From Candidatus Eiseniibacteriota bacterium (lineage in GTDB: Bacteria > Eisenbacteria > RBG-16-71-46 > CAZEPH01), in the NCBI GenBank assembly GCA_044229145.1, contig JBGATO010000002.1:1-64000 (forward strand): a stretch of 64,000 bases of DNA. Direction: 5' to 3'. Of the stretch, positions 1-12,352 are shown piece by piece. Under the pieces are notes generated by a model that saw only the letters and a list, made by a program, of their open reading frames with translations, had not been told where the DNA came from and searched no databases. Positions within the stretch are counted from its first letter, which is position 1; each line of letters starts with the position of its first letter. A program made the translations under genes and the position numbers.

Positions 1-598
1 CGCCGGCGCCGCGGCCGCGCCGCCGGCCGCGCTGCCGCCGCGCTTGTGGACGCTGCTCGGCATCCTCGCGCTCTTCGCGCTCGGCAACTCGAGCGACGCG
101 TTCCTGCTCTTGCGCGCGCGGCAGGCCGGCGTCGCGGAGGCGGCGATTCCGCTCTTGTGGGCCGGCTTGCACGTCAGCAAGTTCGCGTGCACGGCGCTCG
201 GCGGCGCGCTCGCGGATCGCGTCAGCCGCGTGTGGCTGGTGATCGCCGGATGGGCGATCTACGCGGCGACATACATTGGCCTCGCGCACGTCGGCAGCGC
301 CGCCGGCGTGTGGGCTCTGTTCGCCGTGTACGGCGCATTCTATGGCCTCTCCGAACCCACCGAGAAGGCGCTCGTGCGTGCCCTCGCGCCGGCGGCGGCG
401 CGCGGGCGGGCGTTCGGCTGGTATCACGGCCTCACCGGCGCGATGGCGCTGCCGGCCGGCGCTCTCACCGGCTGGATGTGGACGGCGTATTCGCCGGCGG
501 CGGCGTTGTATCTCGGCGCGGGGCTCGCCGCCGCCGCGTGCGTGTCGTTGATCGTGTGGAGCGCGGCCTCAGGCCGTCTCGGGTTCGACGCGCGCTAG
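1..598 (+). CDS. MFS transporter, C-terminal part (5' truncated by the window edge)
   Basis: Multiple hydrophobic helices; GALADRVSR loop (MFS motif-A-like); RGRAFGWY. Confidence 0.8.
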   Translation, partial: AGAAAAPPAALPPRLWTLLGILALFALGNSSDAFLLLRARQAGVAEAAIPLLWAGLHVSKFACTALGGALADRVSRVWLVIAGWAIYAATYIGLAHVGSAAGVWALFAVYGAFYGLSEPTEKALVRALAPAAARGRAFGWYHGLTGAMALPAGALTGWMWTAYSPAAALYLGAGLAAAACVSLIVWSAASGRLGFDAR

Positions 599-1276
599 CA
601 GTGCGATGCCGCTGGTCACGAGCGGGCCGAGGAACAACACCGCCACCGACATCTTCACCACCAGCGGCAAACGGTCGAAGCCGCTGAAGTAGAGATAGGC
701 GAAGACGCACGACAGCGCGACTAACAAGACGCCGGCGAGGCGCGGCCAGCGCCGCGACCCGAACGCCAGCACGAAGAACGGCACCGTGGTGATGAGCAAC
801 TGCATCGCCATGCCGACCGCGCTGTGCAGATTGCCGAGGATGTTGAACACGCCCCACGCGCTGCCGAACACGACGAGCACGCGGAACGCCGTGACGCGCG
901 CGCCCCAGAATCGCGTCAGCGAACTGAACAGACACGTGAACCACAAGAGCCCGAGATAGAAGTCCGACAGCACCTCGGCGCTTTTGATCGGCCGGTTGCC
1001 ACCGTCCGTGAACGCGAGCACCACGAACGCGGCGAAGCCGGTGACGAGGTACGCGTGATACGCGGCGCGGTGCGCTGCCGCGCGCTCCCATTCGTCTTGA
1101 TCGCGCAGAAGGCCGAACTCGCGCAGCGCGCCGGGGCCGAAGGCACCGACGCCGGCGAGCAGCAAGAACCACCAGTTGACTTGCGACAGCAGCAAGCCGG
1201 CAATCACGCAGACGCCGGCGATCGTGCTGGCCGGCGACGGCCGCCAGCGCGGCAACGGAGTAGAGGGACTCGACAC
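569..1276 (-). CDS. Multi-pass membrane protein of unknown function
   Basis: About 7-8 hydrophobic segments; DEWE-x5-RAAY motif; abuts the XRE gene. Confidence 0.7.
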   Translation of the reverse strand: MSSPSTPLPRWRPSPASTIAGVCVIAGLLLSQVNWWFLLLAGVGAFGPGALREFGLLRDQDEWERAAAHRAAYHAYLVTGFAAFVVLAFTDGGNRPIKSAEVLSDFYLGLLWFTCLFSSLTRFWGARVTAFRVLVVFGSAWGVFNILGNLHSAVGMAMQLLITTVPFFVLAFGSRRWPRLAGVLLVALSCVFAYLYFSGFDRLPLVVKMSVAVLFLGPLVTSGIALLARVEPETA

Positions 1277-1512
1277 TAGGACCTCCTCGACGGTCGCGAA
1301 CGAGGCGGCGCGAGGCGGAACACGTCCTCCACCGTGACGCCGAACACCTCCGCGAGACGCAACGCGAGCGCGACGGACGGATTGTAGTTGCCGCGTTCGA
1401 TCGCCAGGATGGTCTGCCGCGACACGCCGGCGCGCGCGGCGAGATCCTCTTGGGTCATCTCACCGTGGGCCAGGCGCAGCGCGCGCACCTCATTGACGAT
1501 CTCGTCCGCCAT
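1276..1512 (-). CDS. XRE-family HTH transcriptional regulator
   Basis: MTQEDLAARAGVSRQTILAIERGNYNPS; start placed at 1512 from the promoter geometry. Confidence 0.9.
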   Translation of the reverse strand: MADEIVNEVRALRLAHGEMTQEDLAARAGVSRQTILAIERGNYNPSVALALRLAEVFGVTVEDVFRLAPPRSRPSRRS

Positions 1513-1519
1513 GCGCGCC

Positions 1520-1561
1520 ATCCTAGAGGAGTCATCGGCAGATGTAAAGTAAACTGTACAT
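1520..1561 (-). promoter_or_regulatory. Sigma70-type promoter (TTTACA-N17-TAGGAT) overlapped by a palindromic operator
   Basis: Imperfect palindrome ATGTAAAG-TAAA-CTGTACAT at 1542-1561 covers the -35; the -10 is 7 nt before the ATG. Confidence 0.65.
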
Positions 1562-1608
1562 GGCGAATCGTCGGGCCGGCCAGAGGCGCGCCGGGCGGCC
1601 CGATGTGG

Positions 1609-3159
1609 CTAGTGTGCCATCATCGCGTTGCGCGCGCTGCCCTTCTCGGTCTTCACCAGAAACAGCAGAGGCAGCATCGCCAGAAAGAACACCCCGACGA
1701 CGCGGAACGAATCCATGTAGCTGAGGAGATAGCTCTGCGCGGTGAGCTGCTGATTCATCACCGTGAGCGCTTGATGCTGCGCGACGGCGGGCGCGAAGCC
1801 TTTCACCTGGAAGCCGCCGGTGAGCAGGTGCAGGCGTTGCAGGGTCGCCGGATCGGTGGCGCCCATGTGGCCGAGCAGGATGTCGCGGTGGAAGTCGACG
1901 CGCTTGGTGATGAAGGTCGCCGATAGCGCGACGCCGAACGAGCCGCCGAGTTGCCGCATCATGCCAGTGAGTCCCGCGCCCGCCGCAATGTCCTTACCCT
2001 TGAGCGACGACAGCGCGAACGTGGTGATCGGCACGAACAGGAAGCTGAGGCCGATGCCGCGCAGGATGAGCGGGAAGAGGAAGTTCGGGAGGCCGCTCGA
2101 GAGCGTCGACTGCGAGAGCACGTACATGCAGTACGCCGACACGAGGAAGCCGAAGCCGGTCATGAGTTGCGGCGACGCGCCCTTCTGCATCGACGCGCCG
2201 ATGATCGGCATGAGCATCGCGGTGACGATACCGCCGGGCAGGAACAGGAGCCCGGTTTGCAGCGCGCTCATGCCGAGTAGGCTCTGCGCCATGACCGGCA
2301 GCGCGAACGATGATGCATACAACCCGCAACCCAGCACGAACGACAGCAACGTGCCCACCGCGAGCGGTCGATAGCGCAGGACGCGCAGGTCGACCACCGG
2401 ATAGTCGATGGTGAGTTCGCGCCACAAGAACGCGACGAGCATGACCACCGCGACGATGCTCAGCGTGAGGATCCACGCGCTCGCGAACCAGTCCTCGCGT
2501 TCACCGCGTTCGAGCACGATCTGAATCGCGCCGACGCCGAGCGCCAAGATCGCGATGCCGGCGTAGTCGATCTTCTGGCCCTTGGTCGAGTGTTCGCCAT
2601 CGCTGATGAACATCAACGAGAGGAACGCCGCCAGCGCGCCGATCGGCAGGTTGATGTAGAAGCACCACTGCCACGACCAGTTGTCGGTGATCCAGCCGCC
2701 GAGCGTCGGGCCGATGGTCGGGCCGACCACCACGCCCATGCCGAACAGCGCGTTCGACAGCGCACGTTGCTCGGGCGGGAAGGTCTCGACGAGAATCGCC
2801 TGTGACGTGGCCATGAGCGCGCCGCCGCCGATGCCTTGGATGAAGCGCCACAACACGAGTTCGTAGATACCGTGCGACTGCCCGCACATGAACGAACTCG
2901 CGGTGAACAGGATGATCGAGCCGACGAAGTAATTGCGCCGGCCGAGCGTGGCGGACAGCCAGCTCGCCATCGGCACCACGATCACGTTGGCGACGGCGTA
3001 CGCCGTCACCACCCACGCGATTTCATCGAGCGTGCCGCCCAAGTTGCCGCGGATCTGCGGCAGCGCCACGTTCACGATGGTGGTGTCGATCAGCTCGATC
3101 ACCGACGCCAAGATGACGGTGATCGTGATGATCCACTTGCGAAAGCCGCGTTCGGACAT
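1609..3159 (-). CDS. emrB: DHA2-family (EmrB/QacA) MFS efflux permease
   Basis: IDTTIVNVALP, WRFIQGIGGG, GPTIGPTLGG, WCFYINLPIG, MRQLGGSFG. Confidence 0.92.
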   Translation of the reverse strand: MSERGFRKWIITITVILASVIELIDTTIVNVALPQIRGNLGGTLDEIAWVVTAYAVANVIVVPMASWLSATLGRRNYFVGSIILFTASSFMCGQSHGIYELVLWRFIQGIGGGALMATSQAILVETFPPEQRALSNALFGMGVVVGPTIGPTLGGWITDNWSWQWCFYINLPIGALAAFLSLMFISDGEHSTKGQKIDYAGIAILALGVGAIQIVLERGEREDWFASAWILTLSIVAVVMLVAFLWRELTIDYPVVDLRVLRYRPLAVGTLLSFVLGCGLYASSFALPVMAQSLLGMSALQTGLLFLPGGIVTAMLMPIIGASMQKGASPQLMTGFGFLVSAYCMYVLSQSTLSSGLPNFLFPLILRGIGLSFLFVPITTFALSSLKGKDIAAGAGLTGMMRQLGGSFGVALSATFITKRVDFHRDILLGHMGATDPATLQRLHLLTGGFQVKGFAPAVAQHQALTVMNQQLTAQSYLLSYMDSFRVVGVFFLAMLPLLFLVKTEKGSARNAMMAH

Positions 3160-3166
3160 GCCGGCC

Positions 3167-4162
3167 TCAGTGCGCCGCGATGTGCGTGGTGACGCTCATG
3201 CCGACGCGCAACGGTCGCGCCGGGTCGGGGGCATCGGTGATCACGATCTTCACCGGCACGCGTTGGGTGACCTTGGTGAAGTTGCCGGTGGCGTTGTCCG
3301 GCGGGAGCAGGGCGAATGCCGCGCCGGTGCCGGCCGCGATCGACTCGACCTTGCCGTGCACGACGTGGCCGGGATACGCATCGACGTCGATCTCCACTGC
3401 GCGTCCAACCGCGATGCGGTGCATCTGGGTTTCCTTGTAGTTCGCCACCACCCACGGCGACGCGTTCTCGACGATCGTGCACAGCGGCTGGCCGGCCGGG
3501 ACGAACTGTCCGACTTCGACGTTCTTGCGGGAGACGATGCCGTCGGTGGCGGCGACGATGGTGGTGTACGAGAGCTGGATCTCGCTGTAGCGGACGTCGG
3601 CGGCGCGCTGTGTGACCTGCGCTTCGGCCACCTGGACTTGGCGCTGCGCGGCCTCTTCCTGCGCGCGCGCGGCGTCGGCGCCGGTGGAGGCGGCGTCCCA
3701 CTGCTGGCCGCTGATGTCGCCCTTGTCGGCAAGGCCGCGCAGGCGGCGCACGTCGCTCTCGGCGCGCACGCGGGCGGCCCGCGCGGCGGCGGCGGCGGCC
3801 CGCGCTGCGGTCACGCCTGCCTCGGCTGCGGCGAGTGAGGCCCGCGACATCTCGAGCTTCGCCTGTAGGTCCTGCGGATTGAGGCGCATCAACACGTCGC
3901 CCTTGTGCACGGCCTGGTTGTCGCGCACCACGACTTCGGCGACGTAGCCGCTCACCTGCGGCAATACGGGGTGGATGCTGGTCTGCACGGTCGCGTCGTC
4001 GGTGGTGACGACGGCGGCGGCGCGCACCAAGTGCTGGCGCAGGAAGCAGCCGCCGACCACCAGCACGACGACGGTGATCCCGAGTCCGATGAAGCGCCGG
4101 ACGCCGGATTTCGCGCTGCCGTTCTCCGCCGCGGCGGGGACGGCGTAGGTCGAGTCACTCAT
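3167..4162 (-). CDS. emrA: EmrA/HlyD membrane fusion protein
   Basis: TDDA, VVANYKETQ, LLPPDNATGNFTKVTQRVPVKI. Confidence 0.92.
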   Translation of the reverse strand: MSDSTYAVPAAAENGSAKSGVRRFIGLGITVVVLVVGGCFLRQHLVRAAAVVTTDDATVQTSIHPVLPQVSGYVAEVVVRDNQAVHKGDVLMRLNPQDLQAKLEMSRASLAAAEAGVTAARAAAAAARAARVRAESDVRRLRGLADKGDISGQQWDAASTGADAARAQEEAAQRQVQVAEAQVTQRAADVRYSEIQLSYTTIVAATDGIVSRKNVEVGQFVPAGQPLCTIVENASPWVVANYKETQMHRIAVGRAVEIDVDAYPGHVVHGKVESIAAGTGAAFALLPPDNATGNFTKVTQRVPVKIVITDAPDPARPLRVGMSVTTHIAAH

Positions 4163-4191
4163 GGATCGTGTGCTCCTTCGCGTGGGGGCGG

Positions 4192-5514
4192 CTAGTGCGC
4201 CGCGCTCGAGGTGTGGAGGTAGCCAGCGGCGCGCAGCAGCGAGACGAGCGCCTGCGCATAGTCGGCGCGTGCGGCGGCGTCGCCATCGCGCGCGGTGGCC
4301 AGCGCGGTCTGCGCGTGGTCGACGTCGATGTCGGTCGCCACGCCTTGTCGGAAGCGGTCGGTGGCGATGTCGAATTCCTGCTCGGCGAGCACGACGTTGC
4401 GCGCGGCGAGCGTGCGACGGCTCGCGGCGGCGTCGAGCGCCACCTGCGCGGCCCGGACGTCCTGCTCGAGTGCGCGGCGCGTTTCGCGGGCGCGCAACTC
4501 GGCCTCGGCCTGGTGCAGCTTCGCTTGCTCTTCCCGCGCCTCGAGCGCGCCACCGGTGAACAGCGGCATTGCCACTTGCACGTTCAGCGAGCGGTAGGCC
4601 TCGAGGTTGTTCGGACGTGTGCCGCCCAAGGTGCCGAGGCCTTGCAGCGTCAGCGTCGGCCAGCGCGCGTCACGCGCCTCGCCGACTTCCGCCTGTGCGA
4701 CCGCCAGCGCGGCGCGTGCCTCGGCATACTCGGCGCGGGTGTCGAAGGCGTGCGCGACCAGCGCGTCGATGCCGGAGTCCGGCGCGGCGTCCGGCAGCGA
4801 ATCGGTGAGCACCACGTCGCCGTCGAAGCCGGTGCCGAGGATGCGCCGCAACGCCAGGCGCGCCGTCTCGCGGGCGGCCTCCGCCTGGACGATCGCCTGC
4901 TGCTGACGGCTCACCTGGACGGCGGCGCGCAGCGTGTCGAGACGTGTCGCGACACCGGCGCGCACCTGATCGCGCGCCAACGCATGCACACGCTCGAACA
5001 GTGCCAAAGTGGCGCGGGCGTCGCGCACCCCGACCTCGGCGCGCTGCAGCGCGAAGTAGAGCGAGGCGGTGGCGGCGGCGATGTCATCGTCCTCGCGCGC
5101 CTTCACTGCGGCCGCGACTGCCACGCCGCGCCGCGCGCGGTCCACCCGTGCCTGTGCCGCCTTGTCGTAGAGCGTCCATGCGCCGCGCACCACCGCTTCG
5201 GTGACCGCGAACGGGCCGATCACGTTGGGCTGGCCGGGAATCGTGAAGCCGAAGGTCGCCAGGTTGACCTGATTGCTGGATTGGGTGACCACCGCCTCGA
5301 GATGCGGCAGGCGTGCGGCGCGTGCGAGCGATTCGTAACTGCGCGCCTCGTCTTGGCCGAGCGCCGCGAGGCGGGCTCCCGCGTTATCCGCCACCGCGCG
5401 GTCCATCGCGGCCTGCAGTGAGAGCGTCAGCGTCTCGCCGGCCAAGGCGGCCGTGGCGTGCGCGAGCACGGCGGCCGCCAGCAGGGCACCAGCGCGACGA
5501 ACGAAGAGGTTCAT
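4192..5514 (-). CDS. TolC-family outer membrane efflux protein
   Basis: Signal peptide, long helical repeats, PLFTGG, RFRQG; ATGA overlap with the upstream gene. Confidence 0.88.
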   Translation of the reverse strand: MNLFVRRAGALLAAAVLAHATAALAGETLTLSLQAAMDRAVADNAGARLAALGQDEARSYESLARAARLPHLEAVVTQSSNQVNLATFGFTIPGQPNVIGPFAVTEAVVRGAWTLYDKAAQARVDRARRGVAVAAAVKAREDDDIAAATASLYFALQRAEVGVRDARATLALFERVHALARDQVRAGVATRLDTLRAAVQVSRQQQAIVQAEAARETARLALRRILGTGFDGDVVLTDSLPDAAPDSGIDALVAHAFDTRAEYAEARAALAVAQAEVGEARDARWPTLTLQGLGTLGGTRPNNLEAYRSLNVQVAMPLFTGGALEAREEQAKLHQAEAELRARETRRALEQDVRAAQVALDAAASRRTLAARNVVLAEQEFDIATDRFRQGVATDIDVDHAQTALATARDGDAAARADYAQALVSLLRAAGYLHTSSAAH

Positions 5515-5807
5515 GAAGTCTCCTTGGGGCGCCGCCGCCCCATCGGGCACCAGCGGCGAAGCGAGATCGGCACGCGGGTCAGGTGCAATCCGGGGTCGGC
5601 GTTACGCCAGGCGGCGAGGGCATGACGGGCCTGGCTGTCGGCATACACGAGTTCGTGGAGGTCGAGGGTGACCTCGCGGCCCGCCGCGCGCGCGGGGGCG
5701 ATCAGTCCGGTGAGATCGTCGAGAAGTCCGGCCGTGAGGGCGCCGCGCACCGCGATCACGGTCGCGGTGTCGGTGGAATCGACGATGTCGATGCGGCAGA
5801 GCTTCAT
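5511..5807 (-). CDS. Small STAS-like domain protein
   Basis: IAVRGAL...VTLDLHELVYADS; GGAGGA RBS at 5812-5817. Confidence 0.7.
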   Translation of the reverse strand: MKLCRIDIVDSTDTATVIAVRGALTAGLLDDLTGLIAPARAAGREVTLDLHELVYADSQARHALAAWRNADPGLHLTRVPISLRRWCPMGRRRPKETS

Positions 5808-5830
5808 GACGTCCTCCGACACGGGAGAAC

Positions 5831-5937
5831 ATCAGGAATCGTGCCAGAGTCTAAATCGTTTGATCGCAACAGATCAGCACGGATGCTCTCGTGAATTCAC
5901 CAAGTAATTCCCACACAAGTCACGACATATCGTGAAT

Positions 5938-5943
<6 letters not shown>
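5831..5943 (-). promoter_or_regulatory. Putative sigma54 promoter with IHF-like site and two palindromic enhancer sites
   Basis: Minus strand TGGCACG-ATTC-CTGAT (5831-5846, non-canonical -12); GATCAAACGATTT near 5853-5865; GTGAATTCAC at 5891-5900 and TCGTGAATTCACGA at 5930-5943. Confidence 0.6.
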
Positions 5944-7565
<1,622 letters not shown>

Positions 7566-7569
<4 letters not shown>

Positions 7570-7988
7570 CGCTGCCGCAGATCCTCGCGGGTCGCCGGCC
7601 GCACGCGGAGGTCGAGCGCCAGCCAGAGGATCTTCGAGAACGGGTAGAACGCCACCGGCGCGAGCACCATCAACGCGACCGAGGCGTAGAGCAGCGGATC
7701 CCACGGCACGTCCGGCCATGTCGCCCAGACGGCGGCCCCGAACGCCAGCGCGAACGTGCCCTCCGCCACTCCGAGGTTGAGCGACATCGCCCCGAGGTAA
7801 TAGCCCGGCTCGTGGCGCTCCAGCTGGAGCCCGCATCCTGGGCAGGCGTCGCGCATCGTGAACCACGAATGGAAGAGCGGCCCACCCGCGCAGACAGGGC
7901 AGCGCAGGCGAGCCGCTCGCCAGAACAGATGCCGCGTGCGCGCCGGACGGTCGGCGCGGCCCGGCGCGACGGGCGCGGCGGCACTCAT
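7566..7988 (-). CDS. DUF983-like small membrane protein with two CxxC motifs
   Basis: [16 protein letters not shown], two TM helices. Confidence 0.75.
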
Positions 7989-7995
7989 CGCGCGC

Positions 7996-8775
7996 TTACC
8001 GCCGGCGATCCTGCAACTTCATCAAGAGCCGCAGAACCTCGAGGTAGAGCCACACCAGCGTCACCATCACGCCGAACGCCGCCACCCATTCGAGCTGCTT
8101 GGGCGCCCGCGAGGCCGACGCCTGCTCGATGAAGTCGAAGTCGAGCAGCAGGTTGAAGGCCGCCACGCCCACCACGAGCAGGCTGATGCCGATGCCCAAC
8201 ATCCCGCCGCCATTCATGATGCCGAGCCGCACACCGAAGAAGCCGAGGATCATGTCGGCGAGGTAGGCGATCATGATGCCGCCGGTGGCCGCGACGACGC
8301 CCATCCGCAGCTTGTCCGTGACCACGATGATGCGCGACTGGTAGAGGAACGCCATCACGCCGACGACGCTGAAGCTCAGCGCCACCGCCTTCACCGCGAT
8401 GCCCGGATAGCGCAGGTCGACGAGGATCGACATCGTGCCGAGCGCCAGTCCTTCGAGCACCGCGTAGAGCGGCGCCGTGATCGACGCCCACTGCGGCTTG
8501 AACCGCGTGGCGATCGCCGTGCCGAAGCCGCCGAGCGCGCCGATCAGCATCCACGGCATGATGAGCGCCGGATTGCGCGAGGTGGCGAACTGGACCCACG
8601 GCACGCACGCTCCGGCGATCGCCAACGCCAGCAGGATCCCGACCTTGGCGGCCGTGCCCTGCACGGTCATGGGAACGGCCGACACCTCGGCCGCGAAGGA
8701 TCCGCCCTGGAACGCGGCGGACCGGAAGATCGGGTTGCGGGACCGCGAGGTCTCCGCGGTGGCGAAAGTCGCCAT
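7996..8775 (-). CDS. Bax inhibitor-1/YccA-family membrane protein
   Basis: MTVQGT, YAVLEG, LLLDFDFIE, LVWLYLEVLRLL. Confidence 0.88.
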   Translation of the reverse strand: MATFATAETSRSRNPIFRSAAFQGGSFAAEVSAVPMTVQGTAAKVGILLALAIAGACVPWVQFATSRNPALIMPWMLIGALGGFGTAIATRFKPQWASITAPLYAVLEGLALGTMSILVDLRYPGIAVKAVALSFSVVGVMAFLYQSRIIVVTDKLRMGVVAATGGIMIAYLADMILGFFGVRLGIMNGGGMLGIGISLLVVGVAAFNLLLDFDFIEQASASRAPKQLEWVAAFGVMVTLVWLYLEVLRLLMKLQDRRR

Positions 8776-8943
8776 GCGACGTGATTCCTCCCAGAGGGGC
8801 GAAGCGTGAGCGGCCGGCCGGCAGGCGCGACCGCGGGCAGTGTAGCGCAGTCCGCTCTTGGATGCGACTGGCCCCAAAGCGGTTGCGAGTGCGCACCCGC
8901 CTTTCGGGGCGGTCGCCCGCTCACCTGAATCCGCGGGGCCTGA

Positions 8944-8980
8944 TTGACGATAGACTTCATGCGACTCCATAATGGAGTCG
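8944..8980 (+). promoter_or_regulatory. Toxin-antitoxin promoter with palindromic operator
   Basis: TTGACG-N18-CATAAT; palindrome CGACTCCAT-A-ATGGAGTCG (8962-8980) over the -10; AGGAGG RBS follows. Confidence 0.75.
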
Positions 8981-8993
8981 AAAAGGAGGCACA

Positions 8994-9224
8994 GTGGCCA
9001 TTCTCAACGTCAAGGGTCTGCCCGACCCGATCTACGAAAAGCTGAAGGGCCGCGCGCGGCTTCACCACAGGTCGGTCGCCCAGGAGGTGACCGCGATCCT
9101 CGGCGACGCGGTCCGCGAGCCCGAAACGCTGTCGATCCTCGAGTTACGAGGTTTGGGCAAGCAGTTGTGGCAGGGCGTGGACGCGGATCGTCACGTAGAC
9201 GCCGAGCGCGACGCATGGACGTGA
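8994..9224 (+). CDS. FitA/Arc-like ribbon-helix-helix antitoxin
   Basis: LNVKGLPDPIYEKLKGRARLHHRSVAQEV; C-terminal ERDAW. Confidence 0.85.
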   Translation: MAILNVKGLPDPIYEKLKGRARLHHRSVAQEVTAILGDAVREPETLSILELRGLGKQLWQGVDADRHVDAERDAWT

Positions 9225-9667
9225 AGGCCGCGCTGGGCGCCCGAGTCGCGGTCGACACGCCGGCGTGGATCTACTTCATCGAGGATCACCCCAACTACGC
9301 GCCGGTCGTGGCGCCACTGTTCGAAGCCGCCGAACGGGGCACCGTCGCACTTGTCGTGTCGGCGCTGACGCTCATGGAGGTGCTTGTCGTTCCCTATCGG
9401 CACGGCGAACTCGCTGTCGCGGAGCGTTACGAGGCTCTCTTGACGCGGAGCCGCGGCGTGACGCTGGCGCCACTCGATCTCCCCGTGCTCCGCGCGGCCG
9501 CCGCTCTGCGCGGTGCGGCGCCCTCCGTGCGAACACCTGACGCCCTGCAACTCGCCACCGCCTTGCACCATCGCTGCGATAGCTTCGTCACGAACGACCG
9601 CCGGCTGGGCAGCCTCCCCTCCCTACGCGTCGTGCATCTCGACGCCCTCGGCGCGCCGCCCGCCTGA
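9215..9667 (+). CDS. vapC: PIN-domain (VapC) toxin
   Basis: [31 protein letters not shown]. Confidence 0.88.
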   Translation: MDVKAALGARVAVDTPAWIYFIEDHPNYAPVVAPLFEAAERGTVALVVSALTLMEVLVVPYRHGELAVAERYEALLTRSRGVTLAPLDLPVLRAAAALRGAAPSVRTPDALQLATALHHRCDSFVTNDRRLGSLPSLRVVHLDALGAPPA

Positions 9668-9782
9668 CACCTCCCAACGGACCTGTTGTCGGGCTGGGCC
9701 GGCGGAGTACCATACCCGGACCATCACGCGGACCCGCCCTCCTTTCGGGTCCGCCTCACCATGTGAAGGGAAGGATCTGTCG

Positions 9783-11588
9783 ATGACCAAGCACGCGAAG
9801 CTCGCCGCCTGGGTCCAGGAAGTCGCGGACCTCTGCACGCCGGACGCCATCTACTGGGCCAACGGCTCCGAGCAGGAATACCAGGAGATGCTGCGCCTGA
9901 TGGTGCAGGCCGGCACCGCGATCCGCCTGAACGAGGAGAAGCGCCCGAACAGCATCTACGTGCGCTCGAGCCCGGCGGACGTCGCCCGCGTCGAAGAGAA
10001 CACCTTCATCTGCTCGACCTCGCAGGACGACGCCGGTCCGACGAACAACTGGAAGGCGCCGGCCGAGATGAAGTCGACGATGACCGAGTTGTACAAGGGC
10101 TGCATGAAAGGCCGCACGATGTACGTGATCCCGTACTCGATGGGACCGGTCGGCTCGCCGATCGCCAAGATCGGGGTCGAGATCAGCGACTCGCCGTATG
10201 TCGTCGCCAACATGCACATCATGGCGCGCGTCGGCGACAAGGTGCTCGCGGTGCTCGGCGACGACGGCGAATTCGTGAAGGGCTTGCACTCGATCGGCGC
10301 GCCGTTGAACGAGACCGAGGCCGACTCGCCGTGGCCGTGCAACACCACGAAGTACATCTCGCACTTCCCGGAGACGCGTGAGATCTGGTCGTACGGGTCG
10401 GGCTACGGCGGCAACGCGCTGCTCGGCAAGAAGTGCCACGCGCTGCGCATCGCCTCGGCGCAGGCGCGCGACGAGGGCTGGATGGCCGAGCACATGCTCA
10501 TCCTCGGCATCACCAACCCCGAAGGCCAGACCATCTACATCACCGGCGCCTTCCCGTCGGCGTGTGGCAAGACCAACTTGGCGATGCTGATTCCGTCGAT
10601 GCCGGGCTGGAAGGTCGAGTGCGTCGGTGACGACATCGCGTGGATGAAGTTCGGCGCCGATGGCCGTTTGTACGCGATCAACCCGGAGGCCGGCTTCTTC
10701 GGCGTCGCCCCGGGCACGTCGATGAAGAGCAACGCCAACGCGATGCTCACCGCGACCAAGAACTCGATCTTCACCAACGTCGCGCTCACGCCCGACGGCG
10801 ACGTGTGGTGGGAAGAGATGACCGACGAGAAGCCGGCGCAGTTGATGGACTGGACGCGCCGCCCGTGGACGCCGGCGTCGACGCGCAAGGCCGCGCACCC
10901 GAACGCCCGCTTCACCACGCCGGCCAAGCAGTGCCCGGCGATCTCGCCGAAGTGGGAAGACCAGGCGGGCGTGCCGATCAGCGCGATCCTCTTCGGCGGC
11001 CGTCGCGCGTCGACGGTGCCGCTGGTCAACGAAGCGCTGTCGTGGCAGCACGGCGTGTTCCTCGGCTCCATCATGTCGAGCGAGACGACCGCCGCCGCCG
11101 CCGGCGCCGTCGGCGCGTTGCGCTACGACCCGTTCGCCATGCTGCCGTTCTGCGGGTACAACATGGGCGACTACTTCCAGCACTGGCTCGACATCGGCCA
11201 GCACGCCGGCGCGCAGCTGCCGGGCATCTACTACGTGAACTGGTTCCGCAAGGGCGCCGACGGCAAGTTCCTGTGGCCGGGCTACTCGGAGAACAGCCGC
11301 GTCATCAAGTGGATCTTCGAACGCGTCACCGGCAAGGCGGAAGCGGTGGAGACGCCGATCGGCCGCTTGCCGAAGCCGGGCGCGCTCGACTTGAGCGGGC
11401 TGAACCTGTCGGACGAAGCGCAGGCCGCGTTGCTGCGCGTCGATGTCGACGCGTGGCGCAACGAGGTGCCGTCGATGCGCGAGCACTTGGCGAAGTTCGG
11501 CGCCAAGCTGCCGGCGGGCGTGAAGGCGGAACTCGAGGCGCTGGTGCAGCGGCTCGAGGCGGCGTCGGAGGTGGGGGCGGGGCGGTAG
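9783..11588 (+). CDS. pckG: Phosphoenolpyruvate carboxykinase (GTP)
   Basis: [36 protein letters not shown]. Confidence 0.97.
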   Translation: MTKHAKLAAWVQEVADLCTPDAIYWANGSEQEYQEMLRLMVQAGTAIRLNEEKRPNSIYVRSSPADVARVEENTFICSTSQDDAGPTNNWKAPAEMKSTMTELYKGCMKGRTMYVIPYSMGPVGSPIAKIGVEISDSPYVVANMHIMARVGDKVLAVLGDDGEFVKGLHSIGAPLNETEADSPWPCNTTKYISHFPETREIWSYGSGYGGNALLGKKCHALRIASAQARDEGWMAEHMLILGITNPEGQTIYITGAFPSACGKTNLAMLIPSMPGWKVECVGDDIAWMKFGADGRLYAINPEAGFFGVAPGTSMKSNANAMLTATKNSIFTNVALTPDGDVWWEEMTDEKPAQLMDWTRRPWTPASTRKAAHPNARFTTPAKQCPAISPKWEDQAGVPISAILFGGRRASTVPLVNEALSWQHGVFLGSIMSSETTAAAAGAVGALRYDPFAMLPFCGYNMGDYFQHWLDIGQHAGAQLPGIYYVNWFRKGADGKFLWPGYSENSRVIKWIFERVTGKAEAVETPIGRLPKPGALDLSGLNLSDEAQAALLRVDVDAWRNEVPSMREHLAKFGAKLPAGVKAELEALVQRLEAASEVGAGR

Positions 11589-11622
11589 CGGCTCAGGTCA
11601 TCTCCGCAGAACCGAAGTGTGG

Positions 11623-11655
11623 CAGCCCGGAAGGTCATCGCCTCCCGGGCTGTTT
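11623..11655 (+). terminator. Intrinsic terminator-like hairpin after pckG
   Basis: CAGCCCGGAAGG-tcatcg-CCTCCCGGGCTG followed by TTT. Confidence 0.6.
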
Positions 11656-11898
11656 CGGCATCGTCCTGGAAGGCCGCTGGGCGTGGACGCATCGGTCGTC
11701 GCGCGCGCCAGCGGCAGAATCCCGCGGCCGGTGCCCGTTGACACTCCGTTCCACCACCCGTACGGTTCGCGCGTCAGGCAACGCGATGCTCGCCGAGTCC
11801 GGCGGCGGGACGCGCGCGATTCGGATCCCCGACCGATCGACCCGAATCCTCCATCCACCCGGCCCGCGTATTTCGTGTTCGCGTTCGTGGAGGACTTC

Positions 11899-12309
11899 AT
11901 GACTGTCCATTCGCCTGCGTTCCGGCGCCCCCGAATTTTCGTCGCGGCTCTCGCCCTCGGATTGCTCGCCGGATGCACGAGCAACTCCCTCGGTCCGTTT
12001 CAGCCGGAGATCGGCAACGCGACGGACACGTTTCAGTTTCAGGCCACCAACGTCACGAACGTGACGACGGTCGTCACCTATCCGTGGGTCAACACCGGGA
12101 CGCGGGCGACGATCAATCACTCGACGACCACGACGGCGGGCTCGTCCCTCCTGGTGATCAAGGACGGGACTGGCGCCACGGTCTACAGCAAGGCCCTGAG
12201 TCCCAGTCTGAATGAACCCACGACCGCGGGGCAGGCGGGGACCTGGACACTGCAACTGACCCTCACGCACTACTCGGGCACGCTCAACTTCCGCGCGCAA
12301 AAACTCTGA
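11899..12309 (+). CDS. Putative lipoprotein, small beta-rich domain
   Basis: GGAGG RBS; lipobox LLAGC; Thr-rich beta-strand pattern. Confidence 0.72.
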   Translation: MTVHSPAFRRPRIFVAALALGLLAGCTSNSLGPFQPEIGNATDTFQFQATNVTNVTTVVTYPWVNTGTRATINHSTTTTAGSSLLVIKDGTGATVYSKALSPSLNEPTTAGQAGTWTLQLTLTHYSGTLNFRAQKL

Positions 12310-12352
12310 GGCGCGGGCGTGGTGCCCGCGTGTCTCATGACCGGAGGCACCC

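Noticed and set aside
8895..9752. CCTTTCGGG on both sides of the vapBC module as a target-site duplication
   Set aside because: Only 9 bp, both copies are in small hairpins, and there are no terminal inverted repeats or transposase.
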